From NCBI RefSeq assembly GCF_054482595.1, contig NZ_CM137008.1: a DNA stretch of 64,000 bases; one strand, 5' to 3'. The notes below the pieces were generated by a model that made no database searches, was not told the origin of the DNA, and saw only the letters and a program-made list of their open reading frames with translations. This document shows, one piece after another, positions 1 to 11,168 of the stretch (the first letter of the stretch is position 1; each line of letters opens with the position of its first letter). The translations under genes were made by a program, and so were the position numbers.

Positions 1-615
1 GTTGGCGGTTTGCTCGGCAGTAAACCTGGCGTCACCGTGTTCCACATGGGCGACAGTAAAAAGGCGTTACAGCCTATCTATGACCTGCTGGAAAACTGCG
101 ATGTGCCGATCAGCAAGCTGCTGCCGACCCACGTTAACCGCAACGTACCGTTGTTTGAGCAGGCGCTGGAGTTCGCGCGCAAAGGCGGCACCATCGATAT
201 CACCAGCAGCATTGACGAACCGGTCGCCCCTGCCGAAGGTATTGCCCGCGCCGTTCAGGCGGGTATTCCGCTGGCACGCGTCACCCTCAGCTCCGACGGC
301 AACGGTAGCCAGCCGTTCTTCGATGATGAAGGGAATTTAACCCATATCGGCGTTGCAGGTTTTGAAACGTTGCTGGAAACCGTGCAGGTGCTGGTTAAAG
401 ACTATGATTTCAGTATCAGCGATGCCCTGCGCCCGCTCACCAGTAGCGTAGCCGGTTTCCTTAACCTGAGCGGGAAAGGCGAAATTCTGCCAGGCAATGA
501 CGCAGACTTACTGGTCATGACGCCAGAATTGCGCATTGAGCAGGTATACGCTCGCGGCAAACTGATGGTCAAAGACGGCAAAGCCTGCGTGAAAGGAACG
601 TTTGAAACGGCATAA
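1..615 (+). CDS. iadA: Isoaspartyl dipeptidase, C-terminal part (gene truncated by the window start)
   Basis: Translation ...GNLTHIGVAGFETLLETVQVLVKDYDFSISDALRPLTSSVAGFLNL... matches my recollection of the IadA C-terminus; the Met at 10 in the ORF track is internal, not the true start; followed by hypT and iraD as in the E. coli iadA neighbourhood. Confidence 0.8.
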   Translation, partial: VGGLLGSKPGVTVFHMGDSKKALQPIYDLLENCDVPISKLLPTHVNRNVPLFEQALEFARKGGTIDITSSIDEPVAPAEGIARAVQAGIPLARVTLSSDGNGSQPFFDDEGNLTHIGVAGFETLLETVQVLVKDYDFSISDALRPLTSSVAGFLNLSGKGEILPGNDADLLVMTPELRIEQVYARGKLMVKDGKACVKGTFETA

Positions 616-679
616 ACGGTTGTCAGCCGCCCTAATGGACGTAGAATGCCCGCAAGGGCGGCTGACAGAGTAAAACGTA

Positions 680-1591
680 ATGGATGACTGTGGTGCGGTT
701 TTGCATAATATTGAAACTAAATGGCTTTATGATTTTCTGACCCTGGAAAAATGCCGCAATTTTTCCCAGGCGGCAGTTAGTCGCAACGTCTCGCAACCGG
801 CATTCAGCCGCCGCATCCGTGCACTGGAACAGGCGATTGGCGTTGAATTGTTTAACCGCCAGGTGACGCCGCTGCAACTCTCAGAACAAGGGAAAATCTT
901 CCATTCGCAGATCCGCCATCTGTTGCAACAGTTAGAAAGTAACCTTGCAGAGCTGCGTGGCGGCAGCGATTACGCGCAACGTAAAATCAAGATAGCCGCT
1001 GCACACTCTCTTTCCCTCGGTCTGTTACCGTCCATTATCAGCCAGATGCCGCCGCTCTTTACCTGGGCGATTGAAGCTATTGATGTCGATGAAGCAGTCG
1101 ATAAACTGCGCGAAGGGCAAAGTGACTGTATTTTTTCCTTTCACGACGAAGATTTGCTGGAAGCGCCGTTTGACCACATTCGCTTATTTGAATCTCAATT
1201 GTTCCCCGTTTGCGCCAGTGACGAACACGGAGAAGCACTTTTTAACCTCGCGCAGCCACACTTTCCGTTACTGAATTACAGCCGCAACTCCTACATGGGG
1301 CGATTGATTAATCGCACCCTGACGCGCCACAGTGAGTTAAGTTTCAGCACCTTTTTTGTCTCTTCGATGAGCGAGCTTTTAAAGCAGGTTGCCCTCGACG
1401 GCTGTGGGATTGCCTGGCTGCCGGAATACGCCATCCAACAAGAAATTCGCAGCGGGCAGCTCGTTGTACTGAATCGGGACGAACTGGTGATCCCGATTCA
1501 GGCCTATGCATACCGGATGAATACCCGCATGAATCCCGTTGCCGAACGCTTCTGGCGTGAACTGCGCGAGCTGGAGATTGTGCTTAGCTGA
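680..1591 (+). CDS. hypT: LysR-type transcriptional regulator HypT (YjiE)
   Basis: 303-aa ORF with an N-terminal LysR-type HTH ([35 protein letters not shown]) and a C-terminal substrate-binding region; synteny with iadA and iraD. Confidence 0.85.
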   Translation: MDDCGAVLHNIETKWLYDFLTLEKCRNFSQAAVSRNVSQPAFSRRIRALEQAIGVELFNRQVTPLQLSEQGKIFHSQIRHLLQQLESNLAELRGGSDYAQRKIKIAAAHSLSLGLLPSIISQMPPLFTWAIEAIDVDEAVDKLREGQSDCIFSFHDEDLLEAPFDHIRLFESQLFPVCASDEHGEALFNLAQPHFPLLNYSRNSYMGRLINRTLTRHSELSFSTFFVSSMSELLKQVALDGCGIAWLPEYAIQQEIRSGQLVVLNRDELVIPIQAYAYRMNTRMNPVAERFWRELRELEIVLS

Positions 1592-1976
1592 CATTCTCAA
1601 GCGTCGCACTGCGCCAACCGCCATTATCCCAGACCAGATCAAACGTTAGCGGTTCATCGTCGTGGTACAGCATTATCTCAAGGCTGATCGCCAGCGTGTG
1701 GCAGTACGCTTCTTTCAAATTAACCTGCAACGCCGCAATCCGTGGCTCATGAAATAACAGTGCAGAACGCAGCTGACGGCAATACCAGCTCTGGAGATGT
1801 TTGTCGCTCTGGTTATGCAGTTGCCACTCGGGCATGCCTGAAACAAGTAATGACGGTAATGCCGAATGAGGAGAATTAAAAAGTGTGAGGAGATCGCTGC
1901 ATACCGATTTACGCAGCGATGACGTTTTATTGCCTGAAATTTCAGGTAAAACAGCCTGAAGTGATTGGCGCATCAT
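1584..1976 (-). CDS. iraD: Anti-adaptor protein IraD (RpoS stabiliser)
   Basis: Reverse-strand ORF; sequence from [30 protein letters not shown] onward matches IraD/YjiD as I recall it; start placed at the MMRQ Met rather than the upstream Met of the ORF track. Confidence 0.75.
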   Translation of the reverse strand: MMRQSLQAVLPEISGNKTSSLRKSVCSDLLTLFNSPHSALPSLLVSGMPEWQLHNQSDKHLQSWYCRQLRSALLFHEPRIAALQVNLKEAYCHTLAISLEIMLYHDDEPLTFDLVWDNGGWRSATLENVS

Positions 1977-2648
1977 TTTGCGCACTCCTGACGTTTAGCA
2001 ACATATGCGGCTTGCCCTGAACACCGGGCACCACTGTATTGATGCTCATTTTCCATAGCCATTCCCTTTTGTTCATTACATCCATGTCAGTCTGAGACAG
2101 GCCTGAATCCTGTCAGCAAAGTATAAAACCTTACTTGCCTATGAATATCTACTGACTTTTCAGGAAAAAAGTCATGATTTGATAAAAATCATCAAACTCA
2201 AAAAAAAACCGCTAGTATATTCTGAATATTCCGAATAGTTACGTAGATGAAAATACTTGTCACCGCTGCTACTTAATTCCGGTGGGAAATTATTTATTTC
2301 CGCATAATCATCTATGTATTATTTGAAACAATTAGTTTGTAAATAATATAAATTAATAACATATCAAATACATCAAAAATACCATTCACAGGCATTATTA
2401 ATATAGACCTCAACATAGCAACATCAAATTCCAATTAGTAATAAGATATGCTTTTAAATTGCATGCAAATAATTTTAAATGAGCGTTTTTTGATACTTTA
2501 GAGTGTTTCCCACCCTTTAATATCACTGTGTAGAGTTGATATCACTACAACAGAAACATGCATGTCATTTGTTTACTTCTCTTTTTACTACAGAAAAATT
2601 TATCTATTTTTCTAAACATCAGTGAAATACTCATAAAAGGTAACTATT

Positions 2649-3479
2649 ATGTCTATGCCATTAAGCAATACCCTTCAGAGTCAAATTATTACAGATAATC
2701 ACTTCCTTCATCACCCAAAAGTCGACAATGAGTTAACACGTCGATATGAATATGCACGCCTGGATACGGAAAATATCTATCTTCTGCCTCTTGCTCGTGG
2801 CAATAACCATAATTACGATGGAAAAAGCGTTGTCGAAATTAGAAAACTTAATATTGGCAAACAGTCCTGGCCATTTAATTATGTGACAGATACATGCAGA
2901 GAATTCAATGGTATTACAACAACAGGACGTATGCTCTATCGAAACTTGAAAATCACCTCAGCTTTAGACGAAATATATGGTGGTATATGTAAAAAGGCGC
3001 ATGCTGCTACAGAGTTAGCAGAAGGTTTACGGCTAAATTTATTTATGAAGAGCCCTTTCGATCCTGTTGAGGACTATACAGTTCATGAAATAACATTAGG
3101 CCCTGGTTGCAATGTTCCTGGTTACGCCGGAACCACGATAGGATATATTTCAACCCTTCCAGTTTCTCAGGCAAAAAGATGGACCAATGAGCAGCCAAGA
3201 ATTGATATCTATATTGATCAGATAATAACTGTCTCAGGGGTAGCAAATTCTTCCGGATTCGCCCTTGCCGCATTACTTAATGCTAATATTGAGATGGGAA
3301 ATGACCCAATCATTGGTATAGAAGCCTATCCTGGTACCGCGGAGATCCATGCAAAAATGGGATATAAAGTTATCCCCGGTGATGAAGATGCGCCACTCAA
3401 ACGCATGACTCTGCAACCGTCATCTCTTCCAGAACTGTTTGAATTAAAAAATGGTGAATGGAATTATATTGGTAAATAG
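2649..3479 (+). CDS. yjiC: Uncharacterised protein YjiC
   Basis: 276-aa ORF in the position and size of E. coli yjiC between iraD and uxuR; preceded by a ~660-bp very AT-rich intergenic region; no recognisable domain by eye. Confidence 0.6.
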   Translation: MSMPLSNTLQSQIITDNHFLHHPKVDNELTRRYEYARLDTENIYLLPLARGNNHNYDGKSVVEIRKLNIGKQSWPFNYVTDTCREFNGITTTGRMLYRNLKITSALDEIYGGICKKAHAATELAEGLRLNLFMKSPFDPVEDYTVHEITLGPGCNVPGYAGTTIGYISTLPVSQAKRWTNEQPRIDIYIDQIITVSGVANSSGFALAALLNANIEMGNDPIIGIEAYPGTAEIHAKMGYKVIPGDEDAPLKRMTLQPSSLPELFELKNGEWNYIGK

Positions 3480-3619
3480 CCACTGAGAAGAATGAGTACT
3501 AATATTCAGGTTATATAGATATTTAAACAATACCCTGCAATTTACAAAGTAATACTCATTGCGACTTCTTAATTTAAGAAAGCGCAAGGAACGTTTACCC
3601 TTGCGCTTATTATAATAAG

Positions 3620-4393
3620 TCAGGCGTCGACTTTATCCAGCGGCCATGAATCAAACAGATAGCCGTCAAAATAAATATCGTCAACGTTCGAGAATTCCAG
3701 CAGACGTTGCTTAACGTTTTCCAGATGCTGCCACATTGCCAGCTTCGCCGCTCGGGCATCTTTTTTGATTAACGCGGCGAGGATCTGTTTGTGATCGCCC
3801 AACCACTCTTTGCGATACAGGCTGTCATCCAGATGGCTGTGCAACTGGATCCACATTGGATTGTTTTCCCGCCACTGCCAGGACTGACGGAATAACTCCA
3901 CCAGCATGCTGTTATGCGTTGCTTCGGCAATGGCGAGATGGAACTGCATATCACCGCTTTCGCTGCTACCCGGCGCGCTGGAAGCCAGTTCACGCTCTTC
4001 CAGTTGCAATGCCTGACGCATTTTGACGATATCTTCGCGGGTAGCCTGCAGGGCGGCAAACTCGGCGATGTTACTTTCCAGTAACTGACGCGCCTGTAAC
4101 AGCTCAAAAGGACCCGCATCATTGCAGACGTTGGCATCCGGACTGTCTGTGTTGTGGCTGCCTGAGCTATCAAGAACATAGATACCGGCACCCCGGCGCA
4201 CTTCCACCAGCCCTTTGATCTCCAGCATGATCAGCGCTTCACGTACCACCGTCCGCGTGACATCAAGCATTTCTGCAATTTCACGCTCCGGCGGCAGCCG
4301 TTCGCCAGGATTGTACGGCGTCTTTATGATCAGATCGCGGATCATCGCCCCGACTTCCTGGTAAGGTCTTTGCGCAGAGGTGGCAGATTTCAT
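3620..4393 (-). CDS. uxuR: GntR-family repressor of hexuronate utilisation UxuR
   Basis: 257-aa ORF with an N-terminal GntR-type HTH (ERLPPEREIAEMLDVTRTVVREALIMLEIKGLVEVRRGAGIYV) and an FCD-type C-terminus; adjacent to uxuB-uxuA. Confidence 0.85.
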   Translation of the reverse strand: MKSATSAQRPYQEVGAMIRDLIIKTPYNPGERLPPEREIAEMLDVTRTVVREALIMLEIKGLVEVRRGAGIYVLDSSGSHNTDSPDANVCNDAGPFELLQARQLLESNIAEFAALQATREDIVKMRQALQLEERELASSAPGSSESGDMQFHLAIAEATHNSMLVELFRQSWQWRENNPMWIQLHSHLDDSLYRKEWLGDHKQILAALIKKDARAAKLAMWQHLENVKQRLLEFSNVDDIYFDGYLFDSWPLDKVDA

Positions 4394-4430
4394 GGTGTTG
4401 TGTCCGTTAGGTGCGGTTAATCAAATTTTT

Positions 4431-4464
4431 GCCGGATGCGGCGTGAACGCCTTATCCGGCCTAC
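4431..4464. repeat. REP (repetitive extragenic palindromic) element
   Basis: gccggatgcggcgtgaacgccttatccggcctac is the classic enterobacterial REP motif, in the uxuR-uxuB intergenic region. Confidence 0.6.
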
Positions 4465-4607
4465 AACGGGCAATTTTACGGCCCCCATTAATCTCAAACT
4501 ATACCATTAGCACTGGAAGTTGGCACGTACAGGTGGGCAAAAAAACGAAAACTGGTCAACCAAATATCAGTTTGATTGACCAGTAAGTCTGTAGGGTAAT
4601 CAGTTAG

Positions 4608-6068
4608 TTACAGCGCAGCCACACACTCGCGCGCACCGCGTTCGCACAGCTGCTGATATGCCGCAGTCACCGCGCCAACAAAGTCGGCATTCTGCGGCAG
4701 ATCATCGGCAAAAATACCGCTCAGGCCCAGCAGCGCTTTCACGCGGTCTGCGCCCTGATACTGCGCGTTAATCTTCTGGAACTCGGCCAGCATCGGGTCG
4801 ACCACGTCAATGGCATTACCCTGCTCATCCACGCCCTGGGTGTAACGCATCCAGCCAGCCACGCCCAGCGCCAGGTGACGCCAGCTGCCGCCGTTTTGCA
4901 GGTGCAGACGCACCGGATCCAACAGACGCTGCGGTAACTTCTGGCTGCCGTCCATCGCAATCTGCCAGGTACGGTGACGCAGAGACGGGTTGCTGAAACG
5001 CTCGATCAGCAGCGTCGCATAGGCGTTCAGGTCCGTACCTTCCGGCATCGACAGCGTTGGCGCTTGTTCCTGCATCATCAGGGCAAAGGCCGCTTTGCGA
5101 TAATCCGGGTTAGTCATGGTGTCGGCAATAGTTTCATAGCCGCCGAGGTAACCGAGGTATGCCAGGAAAGAGTGGCTGCCGTTCAGCATACGCAGTTTCA
5201 TCATTTCGAACGGCACAACGTCTGCAACGAACTGTGCGCCCACTTTATCCCAGTCCGGACGACCATTAACGAAGTTATCTTCAATCACCCACTGACGGAA
5301 CGGTTCGCAGGCAATGGCGCACGGGTCGTAAACACCCAGCTGGTCAGCAATTTCCTGTAAGGTTTCTGGCGTCGCCGCCGGAACGATGCGGTCAACCATG
5401 GTGCACGGGAAGGTGACGTTCTCTTCAATCCATGCCGCCAGCTGCGGATCACGCGCCTGAGCCAGCCCCAGAACCGCGACCTTTGCCACATGACCGTTCT
5501 CACGCACGTTGTCGCAGGACATGACAGTAAACGCTTTCAGCCCTTTTTCACGACGCAGACGCAAGGCTTCGACGATGTAACCAATCGCGGACTTCGGCGC
5601 AGTCGGGTTTTCCAGATCGTGCTTGATCAGCGGGTTATTGAGATCCAGTTGACCGCTTGCCGCATCAGCGCAGTAGCCTTTTTCCGTGACCGTTAGAGAG
5701 ACAATCGCCGTTTGCGGACGCGCCATCGCGTTGAGAATACCTTCGCAGCCGTCGATTTCCGGATGCAGCGCTTCTTTCATCGAACCGATAATTTTCAGCT
5801 CGGTGCTTTCCGCGCCTTTTTCCGCCACGGTGTACAGCAGTTGCTGTTTTTTCAGGTTTTCGATCAGCACGCGGTCGTTGCCTGGCATCAGGTTAACTTC
5901 GCAGATGCCCCAGTCGCTGTCGGTGCTTTCCAGCAGATGATGGGTATACAGCGCCTGGTGCGCGCGGTGAAACGCCCCGCAACCGAGATGCACAATGCGT
6001 GATTCCAGACGAGAATGATCCCATGACGGGCGGGCAACCGGCAGATTGCTGTCAACAATAGTAGTCAT
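4608..6068 (-). CDS. uxuB: D-mannonate oxidoreductase
   Basis: 486-aa ORF with an N-terminal Rossmann motif (HLGCGAFHRAHQA) typical of the mannitol/mannonate dehydrogenase family; immediately downstream of uxuA on the same strand. Confidence 0.9.
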   Translation of the reverse strand: MTTIVDSNLPVARPSWDHSRLESRIVHLGCGAFHRAHQALYTHHLLESTDSDWGICEVNLMPGNDRVLIENLKKQQLLYTVAEKGAESTELKIIGSMKEALHPEIDGCEGILNAMARPQTAIVSLTVTEKGYCADAASGQLDLNNPLIKHDLENPTAPKSAIGYIVEALRLRREKGLKAFTVMSCDNVRENGHVAKVAVLGLAQARDPQLAAWIEENVTFPCTMVDRIVPAATPETLQEIADQLGVYDPCAIACEPFRQWVIEDNFVNGRPDWDKVGAQFVADVVPFEMMKLRMLNGSHSFLAYLGYLGGYETIADTMTNPDYRKAAFALMMQEQAPTLSMPEGTDLNAYATLLIERFSNPSLRHRTWQIAMDGSQKLPQRLLDPVRLHLQNGGSWRHLALGVAGWMRYTQGVDEQGNAIDVVDPMLAEFQKINAQYQGADRVKALLGLSGIFADDLPQNADFVGAVTAAYQQLCERGARECVAAL

Positions 6069-6148
6069 CGTAAACTCCAGAATCCGTCTTCAGAGAGTGA
6101 CGGCAAGGAAGAAGGAACCGGCACGGCGCGCAGCCATGCCGGTGGGTA

Positions 6149-7333
6149 TTAACGGCTAAAGAAAGCGCGCTGGATCGCCAGTTCGACACCGCGAACTTCG
6201 GCCAGGCCTTTCAGACGACCAATTGCGGAGTAACCAGGGTTGGTTTTCTTCTTCAGGTCGTCCAGCATCTGATGACCGTGGTCCGGACGCATCGGGATCA
6301 GGTCTTCTTTGCCTTCCGCTTTACGACGGTGTTCTTCTTCAACAATCGCTTTCACCACTTCGTACATATCAACGTCACCGTTCAGGTGCGCCGCTTCGTG
6401 GAAGGTTTTCGGGTTATCTTCACGCATGGTGGAGCGCAGATGGGTGAAATAAATACGCGGACCGAACTGCTTGATCATATCAACCAGATCGTTGTCAGCA
6501 CGCACGCCGTAGGAACCGGTGCACATGGTGAAACCGTTCGCCATGCTGTTTACGGTATCAACCATCCACTGCATATCTTCAATGGTGGAAACAATGCGCG
6601 GCAGGCCGAGGATCGGGCGCGGCGGATCGTCCGGGTGAACCGCCATACGCACGCCAACTTCTTCAGCAACTGGAATAATCGCTTTCAGGAAGACAGCAAA
6701 GTTTTCGCGCAGTTTGGCTTTGTCGATATCTTTGTACAGCTCCAGGTGCTTACGGAACTGGTCGAGGGTATACCCTTCTTCCGCGCCCGGCAGACCGGCA
6801 ATGATGTTACGCGTCAGACGCGCTTTGTCTTCGTCGCTCATAGTGGCGAAGCGTTCAGCTGCCTGAGCAATTTCTTCTTCGGTGTAATCCGCTTCCGCGC
6901 CTGGACGTTTCAGGATATGCATTTCGAATGCAGCGAATTCGATCTGGTCGAAGCGCAGAGCTTTGGAGCCGTCTGGCAGCACGTATTCGAGGTCAGTACG
7001 GGTCCAGTCGAGCACCGGCATGAAGTTGTAGCACACGGTGCGAATGCCGCACTGCGCCAGGTTGCGCAGAGTCTGCTGATAGTTAGCGATCCACTGCTCA
7101 TAGTTGCCAGTGTGGGTTTTGATATCTTCGTGAATTGGTACGCTTTCTACGACAGACCACACCAGGCCTGCGTCTTCAACGATCGCCTTGCGTTTGAGGA
7201 TCTCTTCTACGGACCATACTTCGCCGTTCGGGATATGGTGCAGCGCGGTAACCACGCCAGTTGCGCCCGCCTGACGGACATCAGCTAAAGAAACCGGATC
7301 GTTTGGGCCGTACCAGCGCCAGGTCTGTTCCAT
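6149..7333 (-). CDS. uxuA: Mannonate dehydratase
   Basis: Start placed at [16 protein letters not shown] (internal Met of the 406-aa ORF), giving ~394 aa; sequence matches UxuA as recalled. Confidence 0.9.
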
Positions 7334-7496
7334 GATTTTTCCTCTTTCACATAGTGGGTTCCACAGCAAAGAGACGCGGAACCCTGGAGTTGTTTAGGTA
7401 TCCGGATGAACAACCAGACCGCAGCCGTGGCGTTGCATCGGATGAGATGGCGTATAAGTTCTACCTTTTGGTAAGACATGTCAACCCGAATTCTAA

Positions 7497-7509
7497 AATT
7501 GGTTAACCA
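7497..7509. promoter_or_regulatory. Putative UxuR/ExuR operator (palindrome) upstream of uxuA
   Basis: aaattggttaacca contains the perfect palindrome TGGTTAACCA, resembling GntR-family UxuR/ExuR operators; lies in the divergent uxuA-gntP control region. Confidence 0.4.
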
Positions 7510-7603
7510 CATCACAAGAATTTCACTCTCATGGTTGTTGCTGCAAATTGCAGCAAAGGGTAATCGATGGTTATTGATCAGAGGATGTGACATTCATCGC
7601 AAC

Positions 7604-7618
7604 AATGGTTGACCAATT
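7604..7618. promoter_or_regulatory. Putative UxuR/ExuR operator upstream of gntP
   Basis: aatggttgaccaatt is a near-perfect palindrome of the same type, about 55 bp upstream of the gntP start codon. Confidence 0.4.
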
Positions 7619-7672
7619 TACATAACATGTCGCCCAAAATAACAACGGTTCAACCAGGTAAGGTAAAACGTT

Positions 7673-9016
7673 ATGCATGTGCTTAACATTCTCTGGGTGG
7701 TATTCGGCATTGGTCTGATGCTGGTACTGAATTTGAAGTTCAAAATCAATTCAATGGTGGCTTTGTTGGTGGCGGCGCTGTCCGTCGGGATGCTGGCGGG
7801 CATGGATTTGATGTCGCTGCTGCACACCATGAAAGCGGGCTTCGGCAACACGCTGGGGGAACTGGCTATCATCGTGGTGTTCGGTGCGGTCATCGGTAAA
7901 TTGATGGTCGACTCCGGCGCGGCTCACCAGATAGCGCATACGCTGCTGGCGCGTCTCGGTCTGCGCTATGTACAGCTGTCAGTGATTATCATCGGCCTGA
8001 TTTTTGGTCTGGCGATGTTCTATGAAGTGGCCTTTATCATGTTAGCGCCGCTGGTTATTGTCATTGCCGCCGAAGCTAAAATTCCGTTCCTGAAACTGGC
8101 GATCCCGGCAGTAGCAGCTGCCACTACCGCACATTCACTGTTCCCACCGCAGCCGGGTCCGGTGGCGCTGGTGAATGCTTATGGCGCAGATATGGGGATG
8201 GTTTATATCTATGGCGTACTGGTGACGATCCCAAGTGTAATCTGCGCAGGTCTGATCCTGCCGAAGTTCCTCGGCAATCTTGAGCGCCCAACGCCATCAT
8301 TCCTGAAAGCAGATCAACCGGTAGATATGAACAATCTGCCCTCTTTCGGCGTTTCGATTCTGGTGCCGCTGATCCCGGCGATCATTATGATCTCTACCAC
8401 CATCGCCAATATCTGGCTGGTAAAAGATACCCCTGCCTGGGAAGTGGTTAACTTTATTGGTTCCTCGCCGATTGCGATGTTTATTGCGATGGTGGTTGCA
8501 TTCGTACTCTTTGGCACCGCACGTGGTCATGACATGCAGTGGGTGATGAACGCTTTTGAAAGTGCGGTGAAAAGCATTGCAATGGTGATTCTGATCATCG
8601 GTGCGGGTGGCGTGCTGAAGCAAACTATCATCGACACCGGCATTGGCGACACCATCGGCATGTTGATGTCCCACGGCAATATCTCGCCCTACATTATGGC
8701 ATGGCTGATCACTGTGCTAATTCGTCTGGCGACGGGTCAGGGTGTCGTTTCGGCGATGACCGCCGCCGGGATTATCAGTGCTGCAATCCTTGATCCAGCA
8801 ACTGGTCAGCTGGTTGGCGTGAATCCGGCGTTGCTGGTGCTGGCGACGGCTGCGGGTTCCAACACCCTCACGCACATTAACGATGCATCTTTCTGGTTGT
8901 TCAAAGGTTACTTTGACCTGTCGGTAAAAGACACGTTGAAAACCTGGGGACTGCTGGAGCTGGTCAACTCCGTGGTTGGGCTGATTATTGTGTTGATTAT
9001 TAGCATGGTAGCGTAA
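7673..9016 (+). CDS. gntP: Gluconate/fructuronate permease (GntP family transporter)
   Basis: 447-aa highly hydrophobic ORF with a multi-helix membrane topology, located between uxuA and fimH as in E. coli. Confidence 0.85.
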
Positions 9017-9026
9017 AAGAACACCA

Positions 9027-9048
9027 GAGCCTGCCAATGGCAGGCTCT
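9027..9048 (+). terminator. Possible gntP terminator hairpin
   Basis: agagcctgccaatggcaggctct forms a 9-bp stem immediately after the gntP stop; the downstream T-tract is weak. Confidence 0.35.
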
Positions 9049-9081
9049 GTTCGGATTGTCGGCAAAGTGCGCTTTGTTTAT

Positions 9082-9117
9082 GCCAGATGCGACGCTGACG
9101 CGTCTTATCTGGCCTAC
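9082..9117. repeat. REP element
   Basis: gccagatgcgacgctgacgcgtcttatctggcctac is a REP-type palindrome between gntP and fimH. Confidence 0.55.
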
Positions 9118-9190
9118 AAAGGGCTAACGTGCAGGTTTTTAGCTTCAGGTAATATTTGCGTACCTGCATTAGCAATGCCCTGTGATTTCT

Positions 9191-10093
9191 TTATTGATAA
9201 ACAAAAGTCACGCCAATAATCGATTGCACATTCCCTGCAGTCACCTGCCCTCCGGTACGTGCGTAATTTGCCGTTAATCCCAGACTTACCGCCGAAGTTC
9301 CTACTGCTCCTAACGATACCGTGTTATTCGCTGGAATAATCGTACCGTTGCGCGTCAACTGTACGCCGACGCCCTGCGCTGGTGAAAACGACGCTGTATT
9401 GGTGAAAATCGAGTTGCCCGCATCTGCGGTTGTGCCGGAGAGGTAATACCCCAGGTTTTGGCTTTTCGCACAATAAACGGTAAGAGGAATTGGCACTGAA
9501 CCAGGGTAGTCCGGCAGAGTAACGGTGACATCACGGGCAGAAACATCGCAGCCGCCAGTAGGCACCACCACATCATTATTGGCGTAAATATTCCACACAA
9601 ACTGGAAATCATCGCTGTTATAGTTGTTGGTCTGTCGCAAAATAAGCACGGCAATTAATGAGCCAGCTTTAATCGCCACCCCGCCCGCACTGCTCACAGG
9701 CGTCAAATAAAGCGCCACCGGCCACGGCTTATCCGTTCTCGAATTATAAACAACCCGCGGCGTTTCGCTGGTGGTCGGAAATGGATAGCTACTGCCACTA
9801 TATTTTACGGTCCCGGAAAAATTAGATAACACGCCGCCATAAGCCGAGCCTCGTTGCAGTGTGACATAGTCTGTAATGGTTTCCGGATAATCGTTATGGC
9901 AAAAGATTTGCGTCGAAAGATCTACGACCAGGTTTTGCCCCACATTCACGGCAGGCGCAAGGTTTACATAAACATTAGCGCTGCCACCGCCAATAGGGAT
10001 AGCGGTACCATTGGCGGTTTTACAGGCGAATGACCAGGCATTTACCGACCAGCCCATCAGCAGTACAGCAAACAGGGTAATAACTCGTTTCAT
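9191..10093 (-). CDS. fimH: Type 1 fimbrial adhesin FimH (mannose-binding)
   Basis: Translation MKRVITLFAVLLMGWSVNAWSFACKTANGTAIPIGGGSANVYVNLAPAVNV... matches the FimH lectin domain and pilin domain; start placed at MKRV. Confidence 0.95.
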   Translation of the reverse strand: MKRVITLFAVLLMGWSVNAWSFACKTANGTAIPIGGGSANVYVNLAPAVNVGQNLVVDLSTQIFCHNDYPETITDYVTLQRGSAYGGVLSNFSGTVKYSGSSYPFPTTSETPRVVYNSRTDKPWPVALYLTPVSSAGGVAIKAGSLIAVLILRQTNNYNSDDFQFVWNIYANNDVVVPTGGCDVSARDVTVTLPDYPGSVPIPLTVYCAKSQNLGYYLSGTTADAGNSIFTNTASFSPAQGVGVQLTRNGTIIPANNTVSLGAVGTSAVSLGLTANYARTGGQVTAGNVQSIIGVTFVYQ

Positions 10094-10112
10094 TACAATC
10101 ATCTCTTCGGGT

Positions 10113-10616
10113 TCAGCTGTAGGTATAGGTGATGCTAATCACTGCCTGAATGGTTCCCTGAGTGGCTCCGCCATTTACCGTCAATGCTCTGACCTGTAAC
10201 GGGAAGTGCGCTGATTGTGAGGAATCATCCACCTGAACTGTTTTGGTTGCGCCAGTATTCAATGTGTTGCCACTGTCATCCTGTAGCTCTAACTGGATGT
10301 TTTGCGCGGTCCCCTGGTTTTTATAATATCCGGTACTGTCGGCTGCCCCGCTGAAGCTGGCAGTGACCCTCGACGTTCCCACCGGACAATTAGTCAACTC
10401 AAGCGCAACATCATGCCAGGCCGATGCCGCCCCGGCAGACATCAGACTGAAAGAATAAAGATCGCCGAGATCAACCGTGGCATTGGTGGTGGAAACTGTG
10501 CACGGTTTGGCGACGACCTTACCGTTCACCGTGATGGTGACATCGGCTGCCTGTATCGTCGCACTTGCGAGCGCCAATATTGCCGCCAATAAATACCCAC
10601 GTTTGCGCCATTTCAT
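10113..10616 (-). CDS. fimG: Type 1 fimbrial minor subunit FimG
   Basis: Signal peptide followed by a pilin fold; sequence MKWRKRGYLLAAILALASATIQAADVTITVNGKVVAKPCTV...; position between fimF and fimH. Confidence 0.9.
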   Translation of the reverse strand: MKWRKRGYLLAAILALASATIQAADVTITVNGKVVAKPCTVSTTNATVDLGDLYSFSLMSAGAASAWHDVALELTNCPVGTSRVTASFSGAADSTGYYKNQGTAQNIQLELQDDSGNTLNTGATKTVQVDDSSQSAHFPLQVRALTVNGGATQGTIQAVISITYTYS

Positions 10617-10628
10617 GAGCATCTCCAG

Positions 10629-11159
10629 TTACTGATATTCAAGAGTGAAGGTAGCCGTGGCATTGATATGCCCCGCAGTGACAGGCACCTGTGTCGCCAT
10701 TAGCCGGGCGTAAAAATTCAACGTATTTGGTTTACCCGGCGTCAGGGTCGTCCACGAAATCGCGGACGATGGAGCATTAAGGGGTATTTGATTTTGCTGC
10801 TCATTCAGAAGCTGTATTCCCAATCCCGAAGCCGCTGACACCGTATTTTCAAGTGCAAGCAGGTTGGTATTGTGGCTATCTGCAACGCCGGTAAACCCAA
10901 CCTTTACGGCAGAAACGGCGTTACCACAGGGTGACAGCAAAATACGAAATGGAACGACAGGAGTCGTCGCGCCAATGTTGTTAAATTGCTTCGCCGCGTT
11001 TTCCATCAAATCAACAGTAAAATTGGTTGATTCAGCGGCCACACTACAGCCGTTATCTCTGACATAGCCGCGGATAGTAATCGTGCTATCCGCAGCCAAA
11101 GCGTGACTCACCGCCAGCCACAAAAAAGCGCACAGAAGATAAAAAGGTTTGTTTCTCAT
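10629..11159 (-). CDS. fimF: Type 1 fimbrial minor subunit FimF
   Basis: [22 protein letters not shown] signal peptide followed by a pilin domain ending in ...TFTLEYQ; operon position. Confidence 0.9.
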   Translation of the reverse strand: MRNKPFYLLCAFLWLAVSHALAADSTITIRGYVRDNGCSVAAESTNFTVDLMENAAKQFNNIGATTPVVPFRILLSPCGNAVSAVKVGFTGVADSHNTNLLALENTVSAASGLGIQLLNEQQNQIPLNAPSSAISWTTLTPGKPNTLNFYARLMATQVPVTAGHINATATFTLEYQ

Positions 11160-11168
11160 CACGCCCCC

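Noticed and set aside
10-615. Met at position 10 as the start of a 201-aa gene
   Set aside because: The reading frame is open to the window edge and the protein matches the C-terminal half of IadA; the gene is truncated by the window, not a short independent CDS.
6272-7288. 338-aa plus-strand ORF antisense to uxuA, and similar long antisense ORFs (4974-5360, 11332-11562, 31909-32520, 59781-60338, 38595-39470, 37602-38132)
   Set aside because: Each lies entirely within a well-supported gene on the opposite strand and has low-complexity or biased composition; they are shadow ORFs.
7285-7893. Minus-strand ORFs of 102 and 91 aa in the uxuA-gntP intergenic region and the 5' end of gntP
   Set aside because: They overlap the divergent promoter/operator region and the gntP coding start and have no RBS context or protein-like features; regarded as spurious.
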